DNA of 64,000 nt from the NCBI GenBank assembly GCA_965218435.1, contig CBDCKW010000005.1, positions 224,001 to 288,000 of the forward strand, given 5' to 3'. This document shows positions 41,712 to 51,707 of the stretch, piece by piece (position 1 is the first letter of the stretch; each line of letters opens with the position of its first letter). The position numbers and the translations under genes were made by a program. The DNA comes from Truepera sp. GTDB taxonomy: Bacteria > Deinococcota > Deinococci > Deinococcales > Trueperaceae. The notes beneath the pieces are model-generated. The model did not search any database and was not told where the DNA came from. It saw nothing but the letters and a program-made list of their open reading frames with translations.

Positions 41712-42011
41712 GTGTACGGACTTATCGGGAAGATAACAGCTGTTTCAGGACGACGTGATGACTTGATTTCAGTACTGAATAAAGGCATCGAGGCGATGCC
41801 AGGGTGTTTAAGCTACATCATTGCGAAAGACCCTGCAGATGACAAAATCCTGTGGATCACCGAGGTTTGGGAGAGCGAGCAGAGTCACCAAGCGTCGCTA
41901 GCTTTACCCTCGGTACGGCAAGCTATAGAACAGGGAAGGCCACTTATTGCTCATTTCGGCAGTTCCACTGTGACCGAGCCCGTTGTCGGACACGGATTGA
42001 CACGTGCCTGA
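41712..42011 (+). CDS. Putative quinol monooxygenase (ABM family)
   Basis: YGLIGKITA, MPGCLSYI, WITEVWES..HQASL. Confidence 0.85.
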   Translation: MYGLIGKITAVSGRRDDLISVLNKGIEAMPGCLSYIIAKDPADDKILWITEVWESEQSHQASLALPSVRQAIEQGRPLIAHFGSSTVTEPVVGHGLTRA

Positions 42012-42090
42012 CATCGATGAGAAGCGCATCCACTCGTTCCGAACGGCAGCTGAGTTTAACCGCTGGCTCGAGGAGCATCACGCTGAGGGC
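42004..42090 (+). pseudogene. YdeI-like N-terminal remnant
   Basis: SFRTAAEFNRWLEEHHA, after which similarity stops. Confidence 0.55.
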
Positions 42091-42191
42091 AGCGCCAAAA
42101 ATGAACAAATTCCTGTAGAAGCGTCGGGCGGCTTTGTACCGCTTGGCCACGGCAAGGAGAGTACAAGTCGCGTGAGTGAAAGGAGTTCACA

Positions 42192-42557
42192 GTGAAGCAC
42201 GCCCGCATCAGTGCCTACTTGTTGCTCGTCACCGGTAGCCTGCACACCCTTATCGGATTCGTCGACGGCTACCCGCAGCTCGCGGCCATGGCCCGTGACG
42301 GGCTCTTTAACACGGTCACCACATCGCCTGAACGCGAAGCGATCTTTTGGTTTCTAGTCACTGGCGTCGCGCTCATTCTTACTGGCTTACTGGCACTCGG
42401 CTTCGAGCGCCCGCTCCCCGCCTCGTTCGGCTGGGGACTCCTAGCCCTCAGCGTGGTGGGAACCGTCCTCTTGGGTCCTTCGGGGTTTTTGCTGGTGATT
42501 CCGCAAGCTGTATATATCCTCGTCGTGTCACGCCGCACCGTTCAAAGAGCACTTTAG
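42192..42557 (+). CDS. Small membrane protein (DUF6463-like)
   Basis: HTLIG, DGLFNTV, FWFLVTG, PSGFLL. Confidence 0.7.
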   Translation: MKHARISAYLLLVTGSLHTLIGFVDGYPQLAAMARDGLFNTVTTSPEREAIFWFLVTGVALILTGLLALGFERPLPASFGWGLLALSVVGTVLLGPSGFLLVIPQAVYILVVSRRTVQRAL

Positions 42558-42612
42558 GTCAGCTTCCGTAGGGTGCCGTTGGCCCTTAACCGATGAAAGG
42601 ATACATGAATAA

Positions 42613-43014
42613 ATGGCTTCTATCTACAAGGAAATCCTGGTCGAGGTTGATCCCGAACAGGTGTGGGAGGCAGTTCGCGATGTTGGCGCAGTTCATAGGC
42701 GTCTTGTCTCGGGCGTATTGGTCGATGCGTATCTCGAAAGAGACGCAAGGGTCGTAACGTTTGCCAATGGCATGATGGTCCGTGAGCTGATCGTCACGCT
42801 CGACGACGATGCGCGCCGGTTCGTATATGCGTCGGTTGGCGGACGGGCTACCCACCACAACGCCTCGTTCCAAGTTTTTGATGCAGGTGGGGGCAGTACT
42901 CGGTTGATGTGGATTACGGACGTGCTACCCGACGAGATGGCCGCCTCTGTCAGTGCGTTGGTGGAGCAAGGTGCCGCCGCTATCAAGCAGACGCTCGAGC
43001 GGAAGGATGAGTAA
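42613..43014 (+). CDS. SRPBCC / polyketide cyclase family protein
   Basis: VWEAVRDVGAVH, RVVTFANG, HHNASFQV. Confidence 0.88.
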   Translation: MASIYKEILVEVDPEQVWEAVRDVGAVHRRLVSGVLVDAYLERDARVVTFANGMMVRELIVTLDDDARRFVYASVGGRATHHNASFQVFDAGGGSTRLMWITDVLPDEMAASVSALVEQGAAAIKQTLERKDE

Positions 43015-43039
43015 AACGACATCGGCTTCTACGTGCGCG

Positions 43040-43307
43040 ACTATGAGTTTACATCAATGCTTTTGACGTGCTTACGCCACCCAACCCCGACTACCGCGAG
43101 TTAATCCGCAGCATCCGCACCCCAATCCTTTTGGTTATTGAAGGCAGAGGTCTTGTTTCACTTGAAACGGCTCAAGCATTGCAAGGTCTTAACCCGCGCC
43201 TAAGCTACGAGCTGATAGCAGATGTCGGTCATGGTCTGCCGTATGATCAACCGGAACGTCTGGGAGCAATGGTCAAAGCCTTCTTACAGTCGTTGGTCAC
43301 AATGTAA
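43040..43307 (+). pseudogene. Alpha/beta hydrolase C-terminal remnant
   Basis: PILLV..VGHGLPYDQPE; no N-terminal half. Confidence 0.65.
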
Positions 43308-43430
43308 CGCGCCCTTTGGAAGCTTTCGTGAGTTAAGTAGGTTGTGACCCCTGTTTTTGTCACATAGAACTCTGGTGATGGAGGTTCTGTCCTTCAACTC
43401 CCAAAAAGATTAGACATCAAAACATACATC

Positions 43431-43466
43431 TTGACTTGTATTCCCATATAAGAATATAATGACGAC
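43431..43466 (+). promoter_or_regulatory. Leaderless promoter with ArsR-type operator
   Basis: TTGACT-18-TATAAT, ATG 6 nt downstream; TATTC-N8-GAATA at 43439-43456. Confidence 0.7.
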
Positions 43467-43808
43467 ATGGCACGCAAGGCAACTACCTCGGATGTGTTCA
43501 ACGCGGTCGGCGAAGCCCAAAGGCGCGACATTCTGGGGTTGCTCGAGGGCGGCGAGCGGTCAGTGAACGAACTTGTCGAGGTGCTCGGTGCCAGGCAGCC
43601 CCAAGTCTCCAAACACCTCAAAGTCTTAAAGGAGGTCGGCCTAGTTAGTGTGCGTAGCGAAGGTCAGCAGCGGCTATACCGGCTGAACGGTGAAGCCCTC
43701 AAACCGATTTATGACTGGAGCAAATCTTTTGAGCATTTGTGGGCGGAGCGGTTAGACCGGTTGGACGCATATCTCGAGGAGCTAAAGAAAGGTGGGCATA
43801 AAGAATGA
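43467..43808 (+). CDS. ArsR/SmtB family regulator (SRPBCC-associated)
   Basis: TTSDVFNAVGE, RQPQVSKHLKVL, RLDRLDAYL. Confidence 0.92.
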   Translation: MARKATTSDVFNAVGEAQRRDILGLLEGGERSVNELVEVLGARQPQVSKHLKVLKEVGLVSVRSEGQQRLYRLNGEALKPIYDWSKSFEHLWAERLDRLDAYLEELKKGGHKE

Positions 43809-44290
43809 GTGGGAACAGCCAGGCTACGACGTTGACCCTGCCGTCGGACCGGGAGATTGTGATTACGCGCAACTTTGGTGCGCCGCGCCAGCTTGTGTTT
43901 GAGGCGTGGACGAAGCCAGAACACGTGCGGCAGTGGTACGGCATGGAGCCATTCACCATGACGGTATGCGAAATCGACCTGCGGGTCGGCGGCCACTGGC
44001 GCTATGTGCTGCGCGCACCCGACGGCAGCGAACACGGCTTTTTCGGCACCTATCACGAGATCACGCCGCCCGAACGCCTGGTGTACACCGAGGGGTATGA
44101 GGGGTTGCCACCGGGTCATGACTGCAGAGTTACCACCACCTTCGACGAGCAAGACGGCAAGACAACGTTGAAGAGTCTTCTGTTCTACCGCTCGAAGGAG
44201 GATCGCGACGCTCATATCGCTTCAGGGATGGAGGTGGGAATGCGTGAGACATTAGATCGGCTCGAGGCGCAGCTCGCGACAATGGCCTAA
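43805..44290 (+). CDS. SRPBCC / AHSA1 domain protein
   Basis: PSDREIVITRNFGAPRQLVFEAWT, DLRVGGHW. Confidence 0.92.
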   Translation: MSGNSQATTLTLPSDREIVITRNFGAPRQLVFEAWTKPEHVRQWYGMEPFTMTVCEIDLRVGGHWRYVLRAPDGSEHGFFGTYHEITPPERLVYTEGYEGLPPGHDCRVTTTFDEQDGKTTLKSLLFYRSKEDRDAHIASGMEVGMRETLDRLEAQLATMA

Positions 44291-44316
44291 ACGCAACCTT
44301 AAGAGGAGGAACCGAG

Positions 44317-45045
44317 ATGGACTACAAGACCCGTACAACGCCTGACTTAAAAAGTAGGGGAGAGACCCCGACAACAGCTGGATCAGGTATCGTCACGAAA
44401 CCACCCTCAACCCTTGAAGCATATGCGGCTAGAACAGCAATCTTTTCCGGCGTGCTCTTTGCTGTTCTGCTGCTCAGCTTGCATGTGTTCGAGCCGGAAT
44501 TTGACCCTACCTGGCGCTTTGTCAGCGAATACATGCTGAGCGACTTCGGCTGGCTGATGCACTTGGCTTTCCTGACACTGGCTGTGAGTATGGCGAGTGC
44601 CGGGGTCGCGGTTTTATCCCAAGTCCGCATCTGGACTGGGTACCTCGGCCTTACTGTTCTGGGGATTGCCGCCGTCGGTATCCTCATCGCCGCCATCTTC
44701 ACGACAGACCCGGCCATCACGAGCCGGAGTCAAGCGGCTGCGACGTTCAGCGGCACCATGCACGTGTTCGGGGCCTCGCTCGACTACACGCCCGTGGCAG
44801 CCCTGTTGCTGAGTTTCAGCTTGGCGCGTAACCAGGCTTGGCGGCCCGTTCGCCGTCGGCTTTTTCTCACCGCTGGGATCACACTGGCCTTGATGGCAGC
44901 CTTTATGGCCGTGCTGCCCTATGACGGCACCCTCCGCCCCGGCATGATCGCCGGTTTAGTGGGTCGGTTGCTGCTCCTCTCCTACCTCGGGTGGTTCACA
45001 GCCGTAGGTTTGCACGTCCTCAAGGTGCACAAGCAAAACGCGTAA
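44317..45045 (+). CDS. DUF998 family membrane protein
   Basis: LHVFEPEFDPTWRFVSEY, FTTDP. Confidence 0.8.
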   Translation: MDYKTRTTPDLKSRGETPTTAGSGIVTKPPSTLEAYAARTAIFSGVLFAVLLLSLHVFEPEFDPTWRFVSEYMLSDFGWLMHLAFLTLAVSMASAGVAVLSQVRIWTGYLGLTVLGIAAVGILIAAIFTTDPAITSRSQAAATFSGTMHVFGASLDYTPVAALLLSFSLARNQAWRPVRRRLFLTAGITLALMAAFMAVLPYDGTLRPGMIAGLVGRLLLLSYLGWFTAVGLHVLKVHKQNA

Positions 45046-45111
45046 CGCTACAGCTTGAACCTAGACACAGGTGCACCGAAACTTAGCCATCTTCCCAAAA
45101 GGAGTAGACGC

Positions 45112-45555
45112 ATGGCAAACGAGACACTCACCCCTAATCCTGACCTTCAGACCCTCGCCCGACTGGTCGGTACCTGGCAGGTGTCCGGCGACGCGCAAGG
45201 ACAGAGCCGCTACGAGTGGACCGAAGGCGGATTCTTCCTCGTGCAGCACTTCGACCTTGTACGTGAGGGCCGACCGATCAGGGGCATCGAACTCATCGGA
45301 CACCTTCGGCCCCTCGAGGGCGAGCCCAGTGAAGAGATTTGGACGCGGGTCTACAGCTTTACGGACGGCCTGACACTCGACTATGTGTACGAACTTAACG
45401 GCGACACCCTCACAATTTGGGGCGGGGGCAAAGGGTCACCAGCTTATTACCAGGGTACGTTTAGCGCCGACGGCACCAATGTAGCCGGTGCCTGGCACTG
45501 GCCCGGCGGGGGCTACACAGCTGACATAACCAGGGTCACGGAAGTTGATGCGTGA
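45112..45555 (+). CDS. Conserved beta-barrel protein (DUF1579-like)
   Basis: LVGTWQVSG, YEWTEGGFFL, GAWHWPGGGY. Confidence 0.7.
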   Translation: MANETLTPNPDLQTLARLVGTWQVSGDAQGQSRYEWTEGGFFLVQHFDLVREGRPIRGIELIGHLRPLEGEPSEEIWTRVYSFTDGLTLDYVYELNGDTLTIWGGGKGSPAYYQGTFSADGTNVAGAWHWPGGGYTADITRVTEVDA

Positions 45556-45657
45556 CCTACGCCCTCCTCAGGGCAAACTTGGGCGCGACCTTCGCACGCA
45601 AACTGCGGGGTCGCGCCCTCCTCTGGCCTCTGCTGTACTTGTTTTGGAGAACAGCAA

Positions 45658-46146
45658 GTGATTTCTTTACGGAAAGCGACCGCAGCCGATTTTGAAGCCA
45701 TCTGGCAGATATTCCGTGAGATTACCGACACCTACCCAGACGACTCCACCTGCACGCCTGACGAAGCGCAGCAGCTGTGGCTTGGCAAAGGCGTCTTCAC
45801 GGTGGTCGCCTCTACAGATGAGAACGTTGTCGGGGCTTACAAGTTGGCCCCGAATATGCCTGGGCGGGGTGCCCATGTCGCAAACGGCTCCTACATCGTC
45901 GCTGCTGACTATCGCGGGCGTGGTATCGGTCGCCTGCTTGTCGAGCATTCCCTTAGGGAGGCCAAGCGAGCTGGCTACCACGCCATCCAGTTCAACTTCG
46001 TGGTGAGCACGAACGATGCGGCTGTCAATCTCTATCAATCATTGGGCTTTCAAACGCTTGCAACCCTTCCGAAAGCGTTTCGTCATGGCACCCTCGGCTA
46101 CGTTGATGCTTATGTCATGTACCGATCGCTAGAGCATGAAGCTTAA
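45658..46146 (+). CDS. GNAT family N-acetyltransferase
   Basis: HVANGSY, RGRGIGR, QFNFVVSTN. Confidence 0.92.
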   Translation: MISLRKATAADFEAIWQIFREITDTYPDDSTCTPDEAQQLWLGKGVFTVVASTDENVVGAYKLAPNMPGRGAHVANGSYIVAADYRGRGIGRLLVEHSLREAKRAGYHAIQFNFVVSTNDAAVNLYQSLGFQTLATLPKAFRHGTLGYVDAYVMYRSLEHEA

Positions 46147-46381
46147 GAGTTTTCGTTAAGCCGAAAGAAGGAGAAGGCAGATGAGCACGGAAGGCAACTC
46201 TACCTCAACACCGAGGAGCGGGTTGCCTGTCGAGCCGTAGCAAACGCCCAGAGCGACCGCAACGCGCACCTTATCTGCCCGTCTACACTGCCCCGCACAC
46301 CACCGTCTCTAGGACAAGGTAGATAGAAACGCCGCTCGTTGCCTGTAACGAGGTTCTTTACACGCAACGTCATCCATGTCC

Positions 46382-46440
46382 ACACTTAGGTATTAACCTA
46401 AGTGTTTTGGTCTTGTATACTTAGCCAAGTGCCTAAGTAT
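46382..46440 (+). promoter_or_regulatory. Tandem ArsR operators and leaderless promoter
   Basis: ACACTTAGGT-ATTA-ACCTAAGTGT (46382-46405) and ATACTTAG-N8-CTAAGTAT over the GTG start; TATACT at 46416. Confidence 0.7.
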
Positions 46441-46773
46441 CTGCAAGAGTTCGATCAGACCTTTCAAGCGCTCGCCGACCCGACCCGGCGGCAAGTCCTG
46501 GAAAGACTGAGTCGTGGTCCCGCGACCGTCACGGAGCTGGCAGAACCCTTTGACATGGCACTGCCCTCGTTGATGCAGCACCTGCAGGTGCTGGAAAGGA
46601 GTCAGCTCGTGAGTTCGGAAAAAGTGGGACGTGTGCGCACCTTCCGGCTCGTACCTCAGAAGATCGAAAGCGCAGGGTCGTGGCTGCAAGCGCAACTCGA
46701 TGGGTGGCAGCGCAGGCTAGATCAATTCGATACCTATGTCAAAGAGTTAGCCGATGAGGAGAGTGATGAGTAA
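46429..46773 (+). CDS. ArsR/SmtB family regulator (SRPBCC-associated)
   Basis: FQALADPTRR, MALPSLMQHLQVLE, KVGRVRT. Confidence 0.92.
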   Translation: MPKYLQEFDQTFQALADPTRRQVLERLSRGPATVTELAEPFDMALPSLMQHLQVLERSQLVSSEKVGRVRTFRLVPQKIESAGSWLQAQLDGWQRRLDQFDTYVKELADEESDE

Positions 46774-47251
46774 CGCTTCGTACTTCGATGTTGATCCCTC
46801 GCTGGATTTAGTTTTGGAGCGTGAGCTCGACGTATCCCGAGAGATCGTCTGGCGCGCCTGGACACAAGCCGAACATGTCAGAAGATGGTACGCCCCCGCC
46901 CCCATGACCGTTGCTGAATGTGAGATCGACTTACACCCCGGCGGCAGGTTTTACACCGTGATGCAGACCCCCGACGGGCAAACGTTTCCGAGTACGAGCT
47001 GTTACCTCGAGATCGTCCCGAATGAAAAGCTCGTTTTCACCAACGCGCTCGCTCCAGGCTACCGCCCAAGCAGACAACCCTTCTTCACGGCCATAGTAGT
47101 GCTCGAGCCGACACCAACGGGTACCAAGTACACCGCCGTCGCCAAACATAAGGATCAGGCCGGCCGACAGCAGCATGAAGACATGGGATTTCACGAAGGG
47201 TGGGGGCTATGTCTCGACCAGCTCGTCACCCTCGCAAAAGGGTTGAAGTAA
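46766..47251 (+). CDS. SRPBCC / AHSA1 domain protein
   Basis: LDLVLERELDV, WYAPAP, HEDMGFHEGWG. Confidence 0.92.
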   Translation: MSNASYFDVDPSLDLVLERELDVSREIVWRAWTQAEHVRRWYAPAPMTVAECEIDLHPGGRFYTVMQTPDGQTFPSTSCYLEIVPNEKLVFTNALAPGYRPSRQPFFTAIVVLEPTPTGTKYTAVAKHKDQAGRQQHEDMGFHEGWGLCLDQLVTLAKGLK

Positions 47252-47422
47252 GCATGTCATCTGACCGAAACGTTGGTTCCTAGCAGCAAACCCCTGCCGC
47301 AATTAGCAGCGACCGTCGAGAAAAGGCGAGACGGTCACGTGCTGGAAAGCACGTGACCTGATAGGAAAATGGACAACACGCCGCCCGAAGCCTTGAAGAC
47401 TTATTTACAGGAGAAGACTTAC

Positions 47423-48206
47423 ATGGAAACAGTTACTTCCAAAGATGGCACGACGATTGATTGCATTCGATAAGTCAGGGCAGGGAGAACCTGTCATCTT
47501 GGTGTGCGGTGGGTCGGTCGATCACACCTCGAACGCACCGCTGGCGGCACGGCTCGCTGAGCATTTCACCGTCTACAACTACCACCGGCGGGGTCGGGGT
47601 GACAGTGGCGACACGCAACCCTACGCGGTGGAGCGTGAGGTCGAGGACATTGAGGCTGTTATCAACGAAGCGGGCGGTTCGGCGTTTTTGTACGGCACCT
47701 CTTCGGGCGCGGCACTGGCACTCGAGGCCACTCGTCAACGCCCGACCAAGATTACGAAGCTGGCGATGTGGGAGCCACCCTACATCCTCGACGAAACGCG
47801 CCGACCCCCAGCAGACACCGCGAGCGTCTATACCCAACTGGTCGCCGAGGGACGCCGGGGTGACGCCGCCGAGTACTTTATGACTCAGGTCGTCAGGATG
47901 CCACCCGAATTTGCCGCGAACGCGCGAAGCCAGCCCTGGTGGGCGGCGCAAGAGGCTTTGGCCCACACCCTCGCTTATGACGCTACCGTTATGGGTGACT
48001 ATTCCTTGCCCGCCGAGCGCATCGCCGAAGTTGAAACCCCTACCCTCGTGATTGACGGCAGCACGAGCTTCCCCTTCATGCACGAAACGGCGGACGCCGT
48101 TGCCGAACTGCTTCTTAGGGGACACCGCCGCACCTTAGAGGGCCAGCAGCACAACGTTGACCCGACAGTCCTTGCACCTGCGTTAGTCGAGTTTTTCGCT
48201 TCTTAA
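47423..48206 (+). pseudogene. Alpha/beta hydrolase with a 4-bp duplication near the start (ATG at 47445 could rescue it)
   Basis: METVTSKDGTT, then ATTGATTG (47456-47463) shifts the frame to IAFDKSG; GTSSGA. Confidence 0.8.
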
Positions 48207-48259
48207 TTCGGTTTCTAATCAAGTCTCAAACCATCAGTAAATAGGAAAAGGAGAAGGTT

Positions 48260-48940
48260 ATGCAACAAACTTTTTCAAATGACGTAAGCAACCGTGCAGC
48301 CTCGAATGCGAGGTTAACAAAAACCCTCCTCGCTTGTGCCGTCATTGCAGGCCCTTTCTACCTTGTCGTGGGCCTGATTCAAGCGTTTACGCGCCCTGGC
48401 TTCGACATCACCCGGCATGACCTCAGCTTGTTAAGCAACGGTACTTTGGGCTGGATTCACATTGCAAACTTGATTCTTACGGGTCTGCTCGTCATCGCCG
48501 GGGCGGTTGGAATGAGGCGGGTTCTGCAGGGCAGTCGTGGCGGAACCTGGGGACCGTTGCTCATCGGCGTCTACGGTTTGGGCCTCATCGGTGCAGGCAT
48601 CTTTGTTGCCGACCCAGCCTTGGGTTTTCCGCTCGGGACCCCCGCCGACGCGAACGCCATCAGCGGGCACGGTCTGCTGCACTTCGTCTGTGGTGGCTTG
48701 GGCTTTCTTGCCTTCATCGCCGCGTGTTTCGTGTTTGCCCGCCGCTTCGCTGCGTCAGGACAAAAGGGATGGCAAGTGTTCTCTGTCGTCACGGGGCTCA
48801 TCTTTTTAGCCGGTTTCTTCGGAATTGCCGCAGGGTCGGGCAATGGCTGGACCCTCCTGGGTTTCTGGATTGCGGTCGTCGTCGCTTGGGCGTGGCTTTC
48901 AGTGGTAGCGAGTCGGTTACGGCGAGAGATTGCTTGCTAG
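48260..48940 (+). CDS. DUF998 family membrane protein
   Basis: TRPGFDITRHDLSLL, FVADPALGFP. Confidence 0.85.
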   Translation: MQQTFSNDVSNRAASNARLTKTLLACAVIAGPFYLVVGLIQAFTRPGFDITRHDLSLLSNGTLGWIHIANLILTGLLVIAGAVGMRRVLQGSRGGTWGPLLIGVYGLGLIGAGIFVADPALGFPLGTPADANAISGHGLLHFVCGGLGFLAFIAACFVFARRFAASGQKGWQVFSVVTGLIFLAGFFGIAAGSGNGWTLLGFWIAVVVAWAWLSVVASRLRREIAC

Positions 48941-49037
48941 GTAGTGGAGAGGGCTACAGGGCTGAGGCAATAAGGAGCATCACTACAGTCGTCCAACACA
49001 ACACTTAAAAAGGCAACCCAAAGCCAGGGAGGATTGT

Positions 49038-49970
49038 ATGAAAAACGTAGCTGCAAAACCCGGTATCAGCCTCGAGTTCAAGCTGATGAGGACACTGACT
49101 GCTTTCGTCGCGCTAGGTTTGGCAACCCAGACGTTCGGTCTTGCTCAAACTGAAGGAACAGAGATGAACAACGTTCAAGGCAAGTATGCGGAAGTGAATG
49201 GCCTCAACTTATACTACGAAGTCCACGGTATGGGTGAACCTCTGGTGCTGCTACACGGCGGTGTCGGAGCTCTCGAGATGTTTGGTGAAGTGTTGCCCAT
49301 GCTGGCTGACCATCATCAGGTCATCGCGGTGGATTTACAAGCCCACGGACGTACCGCCGACATCGACCGCCCCCTCTCTTACGAGGCGATGGCCGACGAC
49401 GTTGCGGCGCTTATCAGAAAGCTAGGTCTCGAGCAGGCCGACGTGATGGGCTACTAGCTCGGGGGTAGCGTCGCGCTGAGAACGGCGATTCAGCATCCCG
49501 AGGTGGTGCGTAAGCTCGTCGTCGTGTCGGCAGCCTTCAAGCAAGATGGTTGGTATCCCGAGATTCTTGCAGGCGAAGCTCAGATGAACGCTCAAGCAGC
49601 CGAGGCCATGAAACCCACACCGCTTTATCAGCTCTACGCTAGCCTTGCGCCCCGCGTCGAGGATTGGCCCGTGCTGATTACGAAGTTGGGTGACCTTTTG
49701 AGGCAAGACTATGACTGGTCGGACGACGTAAAACAACTCAAAAGCCCAACGCTCCTCGTCTTTGGTGACGCCGACGCAGTTCGCACTTCACATGCCGTGG
49801 CGTTCTTTGAACTCCTAGGTGGCGGTCAGAGAGACGGCGGCTATGACGGCTCGGGGATGTCCGCTTCGCGGCTGGCGATTCTGCCAGGGATGACGCACTA
49901 CACCATCTTCTCGTCTCCTGAACTGGCAGCAACGGTCATTCCCTTCCTCGACGCGCCTATGCCCCAGTAG
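49038..49970 (+). pseudogene. Alpha/beta hydrolase with a nonsense codon at the nucleophile
   Basis: PLVLLHGG, VDLQAHGRT, G-Y-TAG-L-G-G at 49455; the same frame continues to 49970. Confidence 0.88.
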
Positions 49971-50092
49971 GCTGGCGACGTACATCACCGATATCAACGC
50001 TCTCAAACCAACCAGTGGCGGCTCCCCTCACGGCGAGGGGAGCGCCTACAGCAAAGCGTTCCGTTCCATAATTTAAGCAGATTGGACCTAAG

Positions 50093-50530
50093 TTGAAAAC
50101 AACGTTCACCACAACCATCAAAGCCTCGGGCAACAACACGGGCATCGAAGTGCCGCCTGAAAACATTGCAGAGCTGGGCTCGAGCAAAAAGCCACCTGTC
50201 AAAGTCCATCTTCCCGGTTACAGCTATCCGAGCACGGTGGCGGTCATGGGCGGAAACTACCTGATTGCCTTGAGCAAAGCCCACCGCGAAGCAGCGGAAC
50301 TTCAAGCAGGTGACAAAGTTGAGGTGACGCTCGAGTTAGACGAAACGCCGCGCACCGTCGAAGTGCCGGACGATTTACAAGCGGCGTTGGACCAAGCAAG
50401 CGTAGCGGCCTCGTTTGAGGCGTTGGCCTTTTCAAAACGCAAGGCGTTCGTGCAGCAGTTAGAGGACGCCAAGACCGAAGAAACCAGGGCGCGGCGCATC
50501 GCCAAAATCGTCGCGTCGCTTAGCGAATAG
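50093..50530 (+). CDS. DUF1905 plus YdeI/OmpD-associated domain protein
   Basis: TGIEVP, PRTVEVPDDL, AKTEETRARRI. Confidence 0.88.
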   Translation: MKTTFTTTIKASGNNTGIEVPPENIAELGSSKKPPVKVHLPGYSYPSTVAVMGGNYLIALSKAHREAAELQAGDKVEVTLELDETPRTVEVPDDLQAALDQASVAASFEALAFSKRKAFVQQLEDAKTEETRARRIAKIVASLSE

Positions 50531-50547
50531 GCTTAAAAAGGAGACCC

Positions 50548-50778
50548 ATGTCGTTTCAATCGTACCTGAACAACATCGAAGCCAAAACCGGTAAGAACGC
50601 CGAGGACTTTCGCAACCTCGCAGCGGAAAAGGGCTTTACCGAAAACGGGAACATAAAAAAAGGCGTCAAGGCAGGGGAGGTCGTGCAGTGGCTCAAGGAC
50701 GACTTCGACTTGGGTCACGGTCATGCGATGGCGATTTACGCACTCCTCAAAGGTGCAAAGCACGAAGGCAGTGAGTAG
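50548..50778 (+). CDS. DUF4287 family protein
   Basis: MSFQSYLNNIEAKTGK, WLKDDFDLGHGHAMA. Confidence 0.88.
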   Translation: MSFQSYLNNIEAKTGKNAEDFRNLAAEKGFTENGNIKKGVKAGEVVQWLKDDFDLGHGHAMAIYALLKGAKHEGSE

Positions 50779-51059
50779 TGTACCTATCATCTTCTGGAAA
50801 ACGCTTTGCATCAGCTTCGTTTGTTGCCCCTGTTTGACTTAGCGACGCAAGGGACGCTGAAAGAGCAATGGCTCGGTACCCCGTTTTTGTACGAGAGACG
50901 TGCGCCTTTTGCACAACGCTTACGCATTTGGCAGGTCGTACACACTTAAAAAGTTGAGCAGACGCGGCCTCCTTGGGGTATACTAACGACACCACTGGTC
51001 AGCACCCGAACAAAGTTGAGCTATCGCTTTGCAGTCAGTTTACGCTGCCCAGGAGGGTT

Positions 51060-51533
51060 ATGTCTACACCAATCCGTTTTGAAGACTTTACCAATAACCT
51101 GTTCACCTTACTTATTGAAACCTTTGAAAGCCCACCCCGACCTTTCAGCGCCTACCTCGACCAAAAGGCGGGGCTGTTCGACACCCTCAGCCAGCTCTCG
51201 GCTGAACAGGCTTCGCAGCTAATCACAGAAGGTGGTACCAGTATCGCCGCTCAGGTCATCCACCTGAAGTACTACATCGAGGTGTTTGAACAGTTCTTAG
51301 ACAGCAAGAAGGTCGAGGCGGATTGGCACGCCAGTTGGCAACTTAAAGACGTTACGCCAGAAGCGTGGGAAACGCTAAAAAAAGACCTCGAGACAACTTA
51401 TAGAAGGCTAAAACGAAAGCTCGAGGGTATCGAGACCTGGAACGACGACGCGGTGGGTGACAGCATGGCTATCGTCGTCCATACGGCCTACCACTTAGGC
51501 GCGATACGCCAGATTGGGCGTACCGTCAGGTAG
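51060..51533 (+). CDS. DinB-like family protein
   Basis: SIAAQVIHL, HTAYHLGAIRQ. Confidence 0.75.
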   Translation: MSTPIRFEDFTNNLFTLLIETFESPPRPFSAYLDQKAGLFDTLSQLSAEQASQLITEGGTSIAAQVIHLKYYIEVFEQFLDSKKVEADWHASWQLKDVTPEAWETLKKDLETTYRRLKRKLEGIETWNDDAVGDSMAIVVHTAYHLGAIRQIGRTVR

Positions 51534-51707
51534 CTTGTGCCACGCTTGCGCCGAGCTGTTCGAACGCCTCTACCTCTTTTCACTTGTACACCGCTGTATA
51601 AGCGCCATGCACTTTCATGGATGGCCCTTCTATTAGAGAGTTAGCTAAATCTCCCTTTTGGCAGTCAATCTCAGCAACTTGTTGCCCTTGTTTCGGTGCC
51701 GTTTAGA

